Assembly (NCBI GenBank): GCA_030704615.1
Contig: CM060732.1
Coordinates: 76,012,001-76,076,000 of the forward strand
DNA length: 64,000 nucleotides
Source: Takakia lepidozioides
Lineage: Eukaryota > Plantae > Bryophyta
Direction: 5' to 3'
Positions 1-13,388 of this stretch are shown piece by piece (position 1 is the first letter of the stretch; the number at the start of each line of letters is the position of its first letter). The translations under genes and the position numbers were made by a program. The notes under the pieces are model-generated. The model worked only from the letters and a program-made list of their open reading frames with translations. It ran no database searches and was not told the origin of the DNA.

Positions 1-1060
1 GCCTTAGCAGCTCTGGAAAAGGGGAAGGAGGTCCATGGTGACACCTTCAGAGCTGGAATTGTACCAATTGTCATTTTGAACAATACCCTAGTGGATATGT
101 AGGCAAAATGTGGGTGCATCGGGGAGGCAAAGGAAGTGTTCAACACTATGGCTGAACGGGATGTGGTCGTCGTGGAGTGCGATGCTTGAAGGGTATGCAC
201 AGTAGGGACGTGGGATGGAGGCTTTGGAGACCTGTGAGCAAATGATGAGGGAAGGGGTTCAGTCCGGCCACATCATGTTTGTATGCATTGCAGGCCTGGC
301 AGCCCTGGAGAAGGGCAAAGAGGTGCATGGGGATATCATCAAAGCTGGAATTGTACCTAATGTCATTCGAAACACTGCCCTGGCAGCTTAAGAAAAGGGG
401 AAGGAGGTTCATGGTGACACCTTCAGAACTGGAATTGTACCAAATGTCATTTTGAACAATACCATAGTGGACATATAGGCAAAATGTGGGTGCATTCGGG
501 GATGCAAAGGGAGTATTCAACACTATGGCTGATCGAGATGTGGTTCGTGGAGTGCGATGCTTGCAGGGTATGCACAGCAGGGACGTGGGATGGAGTCTTT
601 GGAGACCTATGTGCAAATGATGGGGGAAGGGGTTAAGCCCGGCCACATCATGTTTGTATACATTGCAGGCCTGGCAGCCCTGGAGAAGGGCAAAGAGGTG
701 CATGGGGATATCATCAAAGCTGGAATTGTACCTAATGTCATTTGAAACACTGCCCTGGCAGCTCTGGAAAAGGTGAAGGAGGTCCATGGTGACACCTTCA
801 GAACTGGAATTGTACCAAATGTCATTTTGAACAATACCCTAGTGGACATGTATGCAAAATGTGGGTGCATCGAGGATGCAAAGGGAGTGTCCAACACTAT
901 GGCTGAACGAGATGTGGTGTCGTGGAGTGCGATGCTTGAAGGGTATGCACAGCAGGGATGTGGGATGGAGGCTTTGGAGACCTATGAGCAAATGATGGGG
1001 GAAGGGGTTCAGCCCGGCCACATCATGTTTGTGTGCATTGCAGGTCTGGCAGCCCTGATT
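1..1060 (+). pseudogene. PLS-class PPR pseudogene amplified as ~375-bp tandem units
   Basis: Units start at about 1, 377 and 751. Translation GKEVHG..GIVPNVILNNTLVDMYAKCGCIEDA..MAERDVVSWSAM..GYAQQG.G.EALETYEQM..EGV.P is an L-S-P triplet. In-frame TAG/TGA stops are present. Confidence 0.9.
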
Positions 1061-1144
1061 TAAATCACGCACCTCAACCATACCACAGCTTCTTAAAGAG
1101 GATCAAGAGAGGGAGTCCATAATGCCTCTTCTTGCTCTTCTGGG

Positions 1145-1730
1145 CATGTGAAGATGCTTTGTGAGGCAGGTAGACTGAAAGAGGCTCTACAACCTTTAAA
1201 CCAAGGAGCATTTCAGTCACATTATCCAAAGTGGATTCACACCAAGTGTTTTTCTCCTCAACCCCCTTGTGAACATGGATGTTAAGTGCAGGAGCATCAT
1301 GAATGCACACCGAGTGTTCAATGGAATGCCTCAACGAACTTTGATCACGTTGAATATAATGTTGGCAGGATTTAACATGGGTGTGGTAGGAATGCTTTGG
1401 AGACCTATGAGCAACTGCTGCGCGAAGGGGTGAAGCCCAACCACATCACATTTGTTTGTAATGCACGTGCAAGCCTGGGAGCTCTGGAAAAGGGCAAAGA
1501 GGTCCATGGTGACATCGTCAAATATGGAATTGTACCCAATGTCATTCTGAACACTGCCCTGATGGACTACATGTATGCCAAATGTGGGTGCATCGAGGAT
1601 GCAAAGGAAGTGTTTGACAATATGGCTGAACGAGATGTGGTGTCGTGGAGTGCGATGATTGCAGGATATGCACAGCAAGGGCGCGGATGGAGGCTTTGGA
1701 GACCTATGAGCAATGATGTCGGAAGGGGTG
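1145..1730 (+). pseudogene. N-terminal part of a PLS-class PPR gene, frameshifted and truncated
   Basis: HVKMLCEAGRLKEALQ (typical PLS-PPR start), then VFNGMPQR..., and ORF 1397-1921 with YAKCGCIEDAKEVFDNMAERDVVSWSAMIAGYAQQG. Confidence 0.85.
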
Positions 1731-2500
1731 ATTCCCCGTGGAAAAATAGCTCCAAGAAACCTGCATGGATAGATGGTCAACTGGAAGCCGCAGCAAGAGT
1801 GGCACAATTGATAAAATCAGGCAATGCTAATCAAGGCACCTTCTTCAACCCATTTCACTCTGTTTTCCCCTCTTATCAGAATCGCCCTAAATTTTCATGT
1901 TTTAAGAATTCTGCAAGTTAGCTGGTTGAGTGAACCTTTGATAGTTTGGAGTGACTTTGACATGATACTGCCAAAGTGACAATAGGAAAGTATCCAGAAA
2001 TAGGTAACAAGGAGGAGAAGCTGTGGAATGATTACTTTTCTGACCCCAGTCAATGTTGGGACAACCGTCTTGGAAGGAAATGCATTTGGATTACAGAGTG
2101 GTAGATGCAATTGAGAATATGAATTGGTGTGATAAGATGAGTTGGGTGTTTGCTGGAACACATCTAGGCTACCATTGTCAGCTGCAATGCAATGATGTAT
2201 GCATGATCTGTGCAGAGGCATGGATAGCTGAAGGAGTAGGGATAGAGTGTCATCCAAGAGGGCCAGATTTCAAGCTCCAGATTACTTATGATTCCCTGTG
2301 GAGGGTTAGCTACAAGAAACCTGGTAGATGGTACATAGTTTGGATTTTGACATGATACTACCAAAGTGATAATAGGAAAGTATCCAGAAACATGTAACAG
2401 AGATGAAGAGATGTTGTGGAATGAATGCTTTTCTGACCGCAGTCAAGGGTGGGACAACCGAGGGAAAAAGGTGAATGTCTATTAGATTACAGAGAGTAGG
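1730..2500. repeat. Degenerate direct duplication
   Basis: gacatgatact.ccaaagtga.aataggaaagtatccagaaa...ttttctgacc.cagtcaa...gggacaaccg at ~1959 and ~2350. The segment ~1730-1780 also matches ~2290-2330. Confidence 0.7.
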
Positions 2501-2759
2501 AGACGCAACTCAGCATAGACACTAAGACAAACTCTCCTTCCTTGCAAAGGGTGTGTTTTGGTATCTGAGTGAATAAATATAATTTCTAAAACATAATTTC
2601 AATATTTTGTTATTTAATAATGTTCTCATCTAGACCACTGTCCATTTTTCCTATAATAATAATAATAATAACAATAAATTAAATCCATTAATATTCAAAC
2701 TTAATATTGGAAAGCAAATAATAATTAATTAATGTGTACCACCACACAGGAACGAACAC

Positions 2760-3096
2760 GTGTTGCATAGTGACTTGTCGAAGGTGTGAAATATGACACG
2801 TGTCGCATAGTGGCTTGTTCAAGGTGTGAAATCCGCCGTGAAACATGCCACACTGGCCTTTTTTCACATTCTGCCATGTCAGCTATGCCATCAGCCATGT
2901 CAACGGCCATGTCACCATGCACCCTGTGAAAAAAACCCACCCATGGAAAAAACCTCCCATGAAAAAAGCCACCCCATGACTTTTCCACATGGCCACCCAA
3001 GAGCCAGGCCGTCCACGGGGTGTCCATGGACTGCTGCTGATTCCACAGCAAAAAGTGTGGAAAAAGCCATGGAAAAAGCCGGTTTCTCTTCTAGTG
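2760..3096. mobile_element. One end of a CACTA (En/Spm) element
   Basis: Ends ...ggtttctcttctagtg (reverse complement CACTAGAAGAGAAACC), preceded by clustered subterminal ccatggaaaaa / ttttccac repeats in both orientations. The partner terminus was not found. Confidence 0.75.
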
Positions 3097-4425
3097 TGAT
3101 GAGATGCATACAGACTGTACTCGTTTTGCTTGTCAACCTTTTGAATTTGGTTGAAAAGTTCATGACAATGCGCTGTACACCTCAAACGCTTTATATCATG
3201 AATGCATACGTATTGGATCCATTTCAATGTGATCCAACACATGCCTATTATCAGAACAAAGGGGAGTCTGCTTTGCAATTGACTTATGTGGTGGAAATCT
3301 CCTCAAAATGAGCAGTTGACATTTGCTGGCAACTTGCTTCCAGTCAGACTCGGGGCAACGTCTAAGTTGGATGTACCGGAGCAGAGAGAAGTTATATAAA
3401 TGTTGAGGCTCTGAAAAGTTATGAGAGAGTTTGCTGTGCGAAAATATGGGTGGTGGATTCAAGTAGTACGGTCTAGCAGCCATTGCATACCCACCTGTGA
3501 GTCTCTTGCCTATGATGCCCAATGCTCTCCTTTCACCCTTTGTCGTCTAACTCATCCCTCTGTCGGGCTATCAGGCATGCAATGCCTCGGGTATCTCGAC
3601 GGCGCCGTTATACCGGTATGTACTGACCTTGCATGCTTTAGGTGTACGTGGCTGCATCTTAGTCTGTCTTACTTATGGTGCCAAAGGAACTCAGGAACTC
3701 AGGGGGATGCCACTGTGAGCTCGACGGTCCCTTAATCTGCTGCATAATGTAAGAGCTCTTGCATGAACCAAACGAGAAGACGCGGCCTTGGCTATGGAAC
3801 ACACCCCAGACAGTCCAATGAGTGGGAGCGAAGCAGAACATCTTTTTTGGCCCGCGCACTTTGAATCCACGTAGTTGACGTATGAGTACTTAAGCAGAAT
3901 CCAGCTTCAAGGATCTCTCTAGACTCTCTCTCTCTAGCTCACCTTCCGGTTTCTGTTCGCCTTCCATATCTTCTTCTACTGCCCTCTATATTACGAGATC
4001 CGTGGGAGATTCCACTGTTTATTCAGTGGAACCCAAACTCTCACTGATGTCTTTCACTATGAGGATCAAAAATGCTTGGCAGCCTACCTACACGAGGCCT
4101 TCACCCTTAGACAATCGCTAGAACATTAATTGTGGTTTCTGGATTTGTTCCTCTCTCATGTTTTCTTCCATTTTGTCCCATAAGCTCTACGAGCTTTCCG
4201 CGGACGTTATAAAGCACCATTTCATTTCATTTCATTTCTATCGGACTGACACGACGGCAAAGCTCGGTGCTGCGCCGTCAAAGCACGAGAGACTTTCTTC
4301 GCCTTTGGATGGTTTCAGGTCACAACGCTCAGGGATTGAGCAAGCATTTCCTTAACTACTGCATGCATTCTCTCGGAGGGTTGTGCTTTGTTTCTTAGTT
4401 CCTTCAGACTGTGGGTTAGCGTGCA

Positions 4426-5520
4426 ATGGATCCGAGACTGTGGAAGGTGCTACCGGAGGAGCTGCTGCTTCGAGTAATGTCCGTGTTGCCGCTGTTAGAC
4501 CTGCTGCGGATGCGTGGAACACGTTCATACTTTTACAGAGCTGTGGACCAAACTCCCCACAAGCGCAGTCTTCATCAGAAAAGGTTTTTCTAATTTGGTT
4601 TTTCTGCTTGAATGACCGGAATTTATTGTGGCGTACAATTCCAAGCAAAGAGCCATGGCACAAGTTCGATCTGACTTCTCTTGATCTTGGGCCTGCCGAG
4701 ATTCATATGGTGGCAGCAGCAGGAGGATTGGTTTGCCTAATGCAACATGTAAAGCGCCAAGTAAATTGTATGCAGTCGGAGCTGGACTCTGTTTTCATGG
4801 TAGTGAATGTGTCACAAGGTCATGGCGGCAGTTGCCTCTTTTGAAATTATGTGGATGGGCGCACTTCTACCTCTAGGTAACGATGTGCTGCACATGATAG
4901 GAAAATCAACATCAAGATTGGAAGTTCAAGATTGCCACATCGGACGACGATGCCACACATATGTTTGACTCGCTCACAGATTCCTGACTCAGATCATTCT
5001 CGATCTCCAGAGCGTTTGAAGTTTCTGAAGCTTCTGGTGTCCATTTTTGGAATGCCGTTACCAGGAAATTGGTCTCCTAAGATTTTGGAATGAATCTATG
5101 GTACCTTCATGTTCACACAGGTTCGTGAGTGCGATTCGTATGGCACAGAAAGGGCAGCTTTTTAAGGTCTGTGCATATCGCCTGGAGTTGCCGGGTTGTT
5201 GACTTCTAGCGTCACGAAGATACAGTGTTGGGTGCACGTGAGAAGAACAATGCTTTCAAGACGGATTTTCGGAGATCCTTATGAACTGTTCTTTTCAGGC
5301 TTCAATCGTGCATGTGCGGGGCAAGGAGATAATGTCTATTTGAGAGGCTTCTGGACAAGACGGTGTTGTTTCTGGGGTAGCATATGACTTCGAAAACAAC
5401 TCCTGGCAGAAATTTTGCCATACCTGTCCAGAATGCACTCTCCAAGGAAACTTTTTGTGTTTGAGCCGTCGTTGAGTGCCTCAGTTGCGGGGTCAGCAAA
5501 GCCTACTGACTAGTATAACC
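4426..5520 (+). pseudogene. F-box protein pseudogene (copy A)
   Basis: ATG at 4426 gives MDPRLWKVLPEELLLRVMSVLPLLDLLR (F-box motif), later VAAAGGLVCL..VFMVVN. Several frameshifts. Confidence 0.85.
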
Positions 5521-5732
5521 TTGGACGCCCAAATGTGTTGGAGGGAGGCCTTGTCTCTACAGCAACACTGAGGCTGCTGACCTAAGTTTCAAGACGATCT
5601 GTGTGCTGAAATCACACTTGGTCTCTTAGAATTTACACAGAAAGCTCAGAGTACCGATCAATTGATACAGTTCGACATACATTTACAGGTCAAAAGATAT
5701 TGCAATATTTTGCTAGTAATTCCCTTGAGAGC

Positions 5733-6214
5733 TCTACTTCCACCGTTAGAATTCTTATTTCTCTACTCTAATCCAATCCCCCAGTTTGGCTCACTCTTGC
5801 CTCTCTCTGTCCTGCTTGCTCCTTCACCATCCCCCTTCGCTACCACCCCGTTCCGTCGACCCCCTGACCCTACCTCAGCCAGGCATTCTTAGGGCTACAG
5901 TCCTCTTCTAACCCTCTTCCTTCCCACTTGCTAAACTTATCACCTTAATGCTACACTCCACCAGCATGGATAATCAGCCGAGGGCTGGACCCTCTCCACA
6001 CTTGGAGTTTCTAGTGATTTAATCACGTCTTATGGTGTCTTCTAGTTACAGTTACTAGCTCTGCGTTATCTGCCAAAGCCTCCTGTGTGACATGCCTTAT
6101 GGCAGCCTTTGGCAACTGAGGTTTTTATTTTTTCCCTCCAATAATTATAATAAAGTTCGAGCAGGGCCTCGGACCCTTTCAAAAAAAAAAAAAGAAAAAA
6201 GAAAAAAGAAAAAA
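5733..6214 (+). mobile_element. 3' end of an L1-like LINE with poly(A) tail
   Basis: Ends in an A-rich tail before gtatggact. Same sequence at 35377-35846. Copy C has the empty site (gtggaaagtatggact, ~52221). Confidence 0.75.
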
Positions 6215-6437
6215 GTATGGACTATTTATAGAATTTTCCTAAAAGAGGGCCAAATGCGGAAAAAGCAGATATGGAAAATAAACGGCTTGAGATGGAAACA
6301 GCGAGCTTGATCCAGATCTGTATACAAGGTGGCAGACTTGTGAGGCAAGCTCACTGATCTGCATTGTTAGTCTGTCCAGACTCGCTTGTTTCTTGCAAGC
6401 AAGCACGCAGCTTTGAAGCGGATTGGGAGCCATCACG

Positions 6438-7629
6438 ATGGCGGAGAGGATTTCCCCTGTTTGGATTCGACAATTCTTACATTCTGAATACGGGACCAGC
6501 GATTGCACAGTTTGTAAGACAACGAGGGTCTGTAGAAGCTTTTTCTGTGTTGACTGCCGTGAAGGGCATCTCTGCCATTTGGAGTTCACTTCTCCTGCCA
6601 AGGGCCACTTTGGTCACAATCGCCTGCAAACAAGGAAAGCTTCACGCAGGAACGTGGTTCGAGTTGAGGATATCCGGACACATATGGATGTGAGTGGGAT
6701 AGAGGAATACGTTATTAATGGTTCTAAAGTCTATCAGCTTTCTGCTTCACCAAATCCCAGAGTAAAGGCAAGCGGGTCGGCCGTCTGCAGAACATGCAAG
6801 TGGCGTTTGAAGGACGGAGGTAACAGGTTTTGCTCTTTGCAGTGTAGAAGCGAATGAGGACTGGCACGATATTTCTGGGGTCTTGATGAAAGAAGATCAG
6901 CGTCCCTCATACAAGGGAATGAGTGCTGATATCTCGGCCTTGATCACCTCTACCGAGGTTAGTCCTAGTTCTGGAACATCAAGCGCAAGGAACGATATTA
7001 CTGGGGTCTTGCAGACGACAGAGGACGGAACTCTTTTTGAAGCGATTTCAAGGACAGAATATGAAGATCGGCGTCCCTCACAACAGGGAATGAGTACCGA
7101 TGCCCGGCCGGTCCTGATCACCACTACCCGCGAGTTCAGTCCTAGTTCTAGCAATTCAAGGAAAAGGAGCCATGATGGCAGGCTGCTGACGGCAGAGGAG
7201 GCCCCAGTTTTGGCATGTGTGGACATGGAGCCGGCTCTACGGGAATTTGAGAAGAAGCTGTACGATTGCCAGGGGGTTACCCAGTGGAAGGAATTGTTCG
7301 AAGAAATTACAAAATTCGGAGGACATTTTCCTACTGAACAGTGGATAGCAGCATATGCTCTATGTACACTCAGCTCCGCCTACGACCCTGGACCAAAGCC
7401 TGCGTTTCTCGCAGATATGATGGCCTTGAAAATGATTCCCCAGAAGCGCACTACATCTCCTCGACCAGGCTTTAAGATGACAGGGCGTGCTAGAAAGCGC
7501 TTGTGTACGAGGGAAGACCAGCAAGCCATTTGCATTCGAATTGAATCTCGTGAAGAATTACCTGGACTCTGCTGTAAGACATTTTTCCTGCCAGCGACAC
7601 GTCCTTCAATCTTGGAAGGACATAAGTAG
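6438..7629 (+). pseudogene. PLATZ-family zinc-binding transcription factor, copy A, frameshifted
   Basis: SPVW..FCVDC..H.GHNRLQTRK..NVVRVEDI..MDVSGIEEYVING.KV..CRTC..L...RFCSLQC. A 5-bp deletion (caaac) at ~6846 relative to copies B and C splits it into ORFs 6423-6857 and 6883-7629. Confidence 0.88.
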
Positions 7630-9975
7630 GCCTCCAGTTTAGTTCATGTACATATAACTTACCTTCCCTTTTAATATTCGTAACTTGGGCACTTGGAAGC
7701 AATATCTCCACGAGTTCTACCATGTTTGTTGTCCGAACTTCTTTTGTTGCATATTCTCAATTGTGGGTACTTAGGCGAGCTGCTTTGGCAACAGATTGAG
7801 CCCAGTTGGTTGCTTCTCAACTGGTCTCAAGGGCTGCTCCCCATCATTTATGCTCCAGATGGTAAACTGGATGTCCAGTATTAGTTTAGTGGTGTCCCTT
7901 TCCGCAAATGAAACTTTTGAAACAAAAAATGATATTGATCAGTTGATTAGGTACTTACATGTATGTGTGAAGCTTCAATTGAAATGGTCAAGATTGAACC
8001 AACTTGTATCCCTGGAGAGGACATATATGTCAATTCCAGGAGCCAGGGCCGATGGGCAACTTGTCTAGAACTCTCAACAGTTTTCCTCATTTGTAAGCTT
8101 CAAAAGCATCTAGACATAAACAGAGAACTTCAATATTCGGGTGTGCACAAACAGTTCTATCTAACGACGTTCCCCAATTTTGTCGATGTGCACATTTTGA
8201 TGTACTTATTGGACGTTGAGCTGCGTTCCTTCCCTTCCCTTCCCTTGAGCAACTCCATATCATAAGCTTAATCCTAACTGAATTTAGAACTAGATTTGCG
8301 TTAAAATCTGAACCTTTATTTGTAATTTATGAATCACACTTCAAGTGCTACATCAGATCGCAGCAGAAAGGAGCTGCCGGCGATCCCAGCAGAAAGGAGC
8401 TGGAATGACAGAGTTTGGAAGGAGCTTCAAATAAACAGCATGGCTTCACGCGTACAACAGCGTTTGGCAGCCACGTAGCCTATTGTGGAAAAGAGATTAA
8501 TGAACTAATATTTAGACTAACAATCTATTCAAATGTGGATTGTGAATTTCAAGCCAGGCAGCCTCCGCATTACAGTGCTAAGTGGGTGCAGGCTGCTTCA
8601 CCAAGACCAAGACCAAGCTGACCAATGCAAGATCATGGCTCTACTTGAGCAGAGCAAAGCTCACCTACTTCGGTGAAACTTGAACATCAAGAACATGAAG
8701 GACCCACTCGACGTTCAAAACTCTACAGATTTGCAGCAGCTTGTTCTGTAAATAGGAGCTCTGCCGCCGGCATCGCGGCGGAGACGAGTCCTTGCTGCTG
8801 GGGGCTCCGGGGTAACTCGCTACAGCACAGTCATGCATCCCGCAACGGAATGGGGCTTACTCTCACCGTGCCCCACCTCCTTTTTCTTTGCCTCACGGCT
8901 GCCTGCTTCCATAGATTCACCGCAGCATTTGTTGGATCCCGAGCTCACATAATTTGCTGTTTGTGACATCACCACATTATGCTCCCTCTCTTTGATATAT
9001 AGGATCACGAGGCTTGTCTCCAATTTTATATGTGGATGTCATGGAAGTGGCATAAACCTGCAGGCCCTTTCCTTTTCCTCAATCTCCTTACAACATCCAC
9101 AGGAAGGTCAAGGAGCGTATGGGACAAAGGAACAGAGAGGGATAAAATCAATGTGCCCATAGGAGGCCCAACCGGCGAAAAACAAACTACAAACGCAAAA
9201 TAAAGAAATAGAATATAACCACTAACTCTGTCGACAATGTGCAAGTTCAAGTTATCACATGTGCCCTTCAGTCTTGAGGGAATGCAGCCCGTCCTTCAGA
9301 ACAGAGAGACATGCCTTACTGGCCTGGCTTTTCTAAGCATATTTTGGTAGGCAGATCTGCCAAAAGGCTGCAAATTCCAGATCCCAGAGCTGCAATCAGT
9401 GTTTAGAGCGATGATCAGTTTGGGATAATGTGGTATTGACGAACGAGAAGGAGGGACCCTTCAGGAAGGGGCATTTGTAACTTTGGTAGCTGGAACAGCC
9501 ATTGCAGCTGGCCAGGGCACATCAAATCAGTGTTATCCTCAACTTTTTGTTAGTATATAATTCAAGAGTATGTGTGAAAGAGTTCGGATTCCACCTTCAC
9601 AGTGGGTTCTTCGATAGAAGATAGCAACATTAAGCTCTACATGGAGTGATACAAAGCTGAACTGCTACAGGCAACCAACAGAGAATGGTGAGGACCTTCA
9701 ATTGCAATGGAGTTAGGTACTACCACTCAGACACTTCATTTCTAGAGAATCCATTGAACTGAAAATATGAAGTGAGAAGGGCAATGTTTCCTTTGAAGAG
9801 CCTTTTTCCTTCTCAAAAATCTAGTGTAGACCTTACCTTGCCATCTCAAATACTAAAACATGGAATAATCCCATTGACGGTCTTCTGCTACTTGGGTTTC
9901 CCTAGACAAATAACAAAAACATCAAGACAATCTTTACTATGATATCCAAGTTGGTAGGTGACTGGTTTCCAGTAA

Positions 9976-10604
9976 TTATGGCAAAGAAAAGACTATATCC
10001 CTGTTTAACTTAGTTTTCTCCCCACAATAACTCTCAATGTAGTTTTCCCACCCTCGGAAATCTCCAGTGTTTCTTGCACCTGTGCAATGTCCTTTCTTGC
10101 TATCATGCCTATTACCCTGCACATACAAACACACATACCAGTGTCCTTCTATAATTTATGTGTCATATGTATACATAGACCAGTCCCTAAGCACACTGGC
10201 AGATAGTACTCTTGAAAGCTAGCTCAGGGGGCCTACTGATCCCCTTGGAGCTCATCGCAGGGCTTCACCCAAAGCCTACAAGTGTCCAATTCAAGTAGTG
10301 CACATAACTTGAAACCAGAAAGTATCATGGGGATACAGGCACTTTTGTTTTAGCGATGAAAGGCAAGACATACCCGAGCAGCATCAACAACCACCCTCCC
10401 CTTGTTCTGGCACATACATCAATAGCCTGGGCACAATATAATGTGTAGTGCACCTCTCACATAAAACATTGGCAAAGAAGGGACAGGTACATCAACCAAT
10501 CCTTACACAGCCAAAAAAGGATTGCAGCAGACCTGTTTCCAGAGTCTGTGACACAGTGTGCGAAATATGATGAACACCCGTTGCGCTGAACACTCAGCAC
10601 GAAC
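9976..10604 (-). pseudogene. Last two exons of a CLC chloride channel (CBS2 domain), copy A
   Basis: Exons VRAECSAQRVFIIFRT(deletion) and VIGMIARKDIAQVQ with GT-AG borders. Confidence 0.8.
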
Positions 10605-11313
10605 CTACAAAGAAAGAAAAGAGAAGGAAAGAAGTTGAAATGGACACTAAGTGGATTTCTTTGAGTGAAAGACAGTCATGAAGAAATCCCAATCTTAAAG
10701 TACAGAGGGTAAAAGAGGCAAACAAACTTTTCAAAGTGGCCATTCTGAGACAAGCAAAGGAGTGGCAGGGCAAAGGGACATTTCAGGGTCTTGTTCCCCC
10801 TCCAAAACAATTTCTCACACCACCCTAACTTCCAGGGAAATGGAGACGGAGAGAAGAAAGAAGGAAAGAAAAAACTCCAAGAGAGAGTGCTACTAATAAC
10901 CTTCGACTACACTCACCCTTCCTGCAGGTGCAGACGCTATTAGCATACAGATTGCACGGTTCCCTTCTGCATCTGCAACTCATTATTCATGGATTACTGT
11001 GTCGCAATATGACAAAAACGATGAGTCAGACACCAGTGCAAAGGTTATCTGAGTCTCGTCACATGAGCAATAGACAAATGATATCAAACAGCCTAGTAGT
11101 GATTTCAAGTTTATGAATCCTGAAGACTAACTAACAGGGAATGTTTGGTTGTTGATGGTTCCTGAGGCCCCTAACATACAATGTTGGCCATGCTTTGTAG
11201 ATTGGCAACCAAACTGAGGTTGTCTGCCAACCATGCAATATGACACTACTGTTATGTCTGTCTGTTACTGTTATCGAAGGCCGCAATAGGACAGAAGACC
11301 AAAGATAGTGCAC

Positions 11314-11839
11314 CTTTTGGATGGGGATCTGCTGCACCACTCGGTTGCTCGTGCTCCCTTTGCTTGCTAAGATATTCTGATTATAGGTTAATCAGCCATT
11401 TGCCAATGCCTCTGCACACAGAATTGCCCAGAAGAAGGCACATTCACATACTGCCAGAAATGCAGAGGAGTTCCCCACCTCTTATCCTGTCAATCAACGT
11501 CACTTGCTTACATCTGATGATTGCACAAGGATCCATTCATGGTCAGAGTACACTAGAATGCAGTACGTTGCATCTGGGAAAAAGACCCAACACCTACCTT
11601 TGATACTTCCTACATCAACAGCGTGCCACCCTCAGAATTGCACGCAAGTCTTACTTGATTTTGCTAGCTTCACGAAGGCTGAGTATGGGTTGCCGGGCTT
11701 CACACACGCTTCTGTGAGCTCCGAGAAACGTAGCGTCCAGGCCCTCACTGTACGACTTCTCCAAATGCTCCTCTCGCTTCTGCACCAGAAACGCTGCAAG
11801 TGCTTCATTTCCTGGACACTCCACTCGCCTCGTCTCCAT
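11314..11839 (-). pseudogene. MUS81: MUS81 first two exons (N-terminal HhH region), copy A
   Basis: Exon 11839-11655 METRRVECPGNEALAAFLVQKREE..AHRSVCEARQPILSLREASKIK ends at a GTAAG donor. Exon 11411-11314 reads GIGKWLINL* (in-frame stop). No ERCC4 nuclease exons seen. Confidence 0.85.
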
Positions 11840-12794
11840 TTTCCCTTCCCCGCCTCTCACCTCCTTCAGCACCCAAAGACCCACATCCACATCTTCGTTC
11901 ACGATTGATCCTGCTCAGAGAGAAGCACGAGAATGCCCAGCCTGAGCGTGCCCACCTTCCTAAATCCCCTCAAAACCCCGCAGACAACGAGAATCGCGCT
12001 CCGCAACGAAGCAAACGTTCGCCCAATCGCTGCACCATTCTCTCTTCTTTTTTGGGTTTTTGTTTTTTGGGGGGGAAACTTAGGCAGCCGGAGCTGCCAA
12101 TGCAAAATTTCCTCAGCTGCGGTGGCTAGCAGAGATGGAGGATTCTTTCCGAGATTTATGTTCCTGGATTTCGATGGAATCCACAAAGGACATTGTGGGG
12201 CAGGCTTACCATCCCCTTTGACCCCCAACCGAGGGAGGAGGATATCAAAGCTTCTCTGTATGCTCATGACTCTGTCCTCCTTGTCAACAACTCCTCTACA
12301 CAATGTTTCCAGAGTTTGTGAGGCTCTGTGGTTCTGTAGACGGAGGAGAAGGCTCCTGTCAGAGTTTTCGTTTACTATGGATATGTTCGTCCTCTTTTCG
12401 CTTACTACGGATATCGCTAACCAGACCAGCAGAATTCTTAATCTTTTTCTTTCTTTTTTAAATTGATCTTGATGTCAGTTAGAAAGTCGGATGAATTCCT
12501 GCATGTACGTTGAGGCTATAGTTTTAAAAGATTCATAAATTAGAAAGCCGCAAAAAGTAAGTTGATGCAGACAAACTGATCGAGATCGATCGGACTCATT
12601 CATACCCAAATATCCAAACCATTTGGAGAATGGACATCACAATATTTTCTTAAACTCCCCGGAAAAAGGGTATACAATTGTTACAAAATGTGATACCCTA
12701 GAGAGCAGATTGTGGAATCCTCCAAAAATGGTCCCCATCGAACTCGCATCCCTGATCTTGAAGACGGCATAGTGAGCTTCATGTCGACCGGTCC

Positions 12795-13388
12795 TCACGC
12801 AGTCACAATCACCCGCAGGCTCATGCCGCCACTTTCACAATCCCGGGTAGTCCGCTGATGAATAGAAGGTGCCTGCTTTTAGAGAGAGTCACGGTGGTAG
12901 GAGACCTGGTGTAGGTAGCCAAGGGACCCGCAGCAGCATTGCATGCCAAGTAGTCTGCCACGATGACCTCCAGAACATTGTGGACCCCAGTGGCGTAATT
13001 GAAGACTAATAACACACACATATCCAAACAGGGGGCTCAGATCAGTCTCAGGAATATTGAAGCAGTAGTTTAATTCCTATTGTGCACATGTGCACAGACA
13101 TACTACATTCATGAAAAAGCCTGGAAATTGAGCCTTCAATAAGTTCTTTTATCATAGCTGGTCAGTTTACCATGGGCTTGCATGTGCAGATCAGGGCTTA
13201 CCGAGAGTGTCTCCCACTTTGAAGCGGATGTTGCTGGACCAAATTGGGTAGAAATCACTGGAGTCACCGGGTGGGTCGGTCCAGCCTATGCTATCACCCA
13301 CTGTCCACGTCGCTGCAGTAGCCCCTGCAGGCAACAGCAATAGCATTGCTGCGGTCACCATCATGGTCATTTTGATGACAGATTCCAT
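12795..13388 (-). pseudogene. Phytocyanin / early-nodulin-like gene, two exons, indels in exon 2
   Basis: Signal peptide plus ATWTVGDSIGW..YPIWSSNIRFKVGDTL (13388-13202, GTAAG donor). Exon 2 (13005-12795) reads FNY..VHNVLEV..DYLACN..TVTLSK..FISG.PG.C..GM. Confidence 0.85.

Noticed and set aside
95-750. PPR stop codons as sites of U-to-C editing or read-through
   Set aside because: This is a nuclear locus. Some stops are TAT>TAG and there are indels, so ordinary decay explains them.
146-1807. Minus-strand ORFs over the PPR array (and similar antisense ORFs elsewhere)
   Set aside because: They are shadows of coding or repeated sequence on the other strand, with no motifs of their own.
3300-3900. 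Possible short minus-strand exons
   Set aside because: Splice-like signals are present but no recognisable protein.
3916-4125. Possible LTR fragment ending ...TAGAACA upstream of F-box copy A
   Set aside because: Only one plausible terminus and no TSD.
7690-9250. Short ORFs conserved in all three copies downstream of PLATZ
   Set aside because: The conservation reflects recent duplication. Frames break between copies and no family is recognisable.
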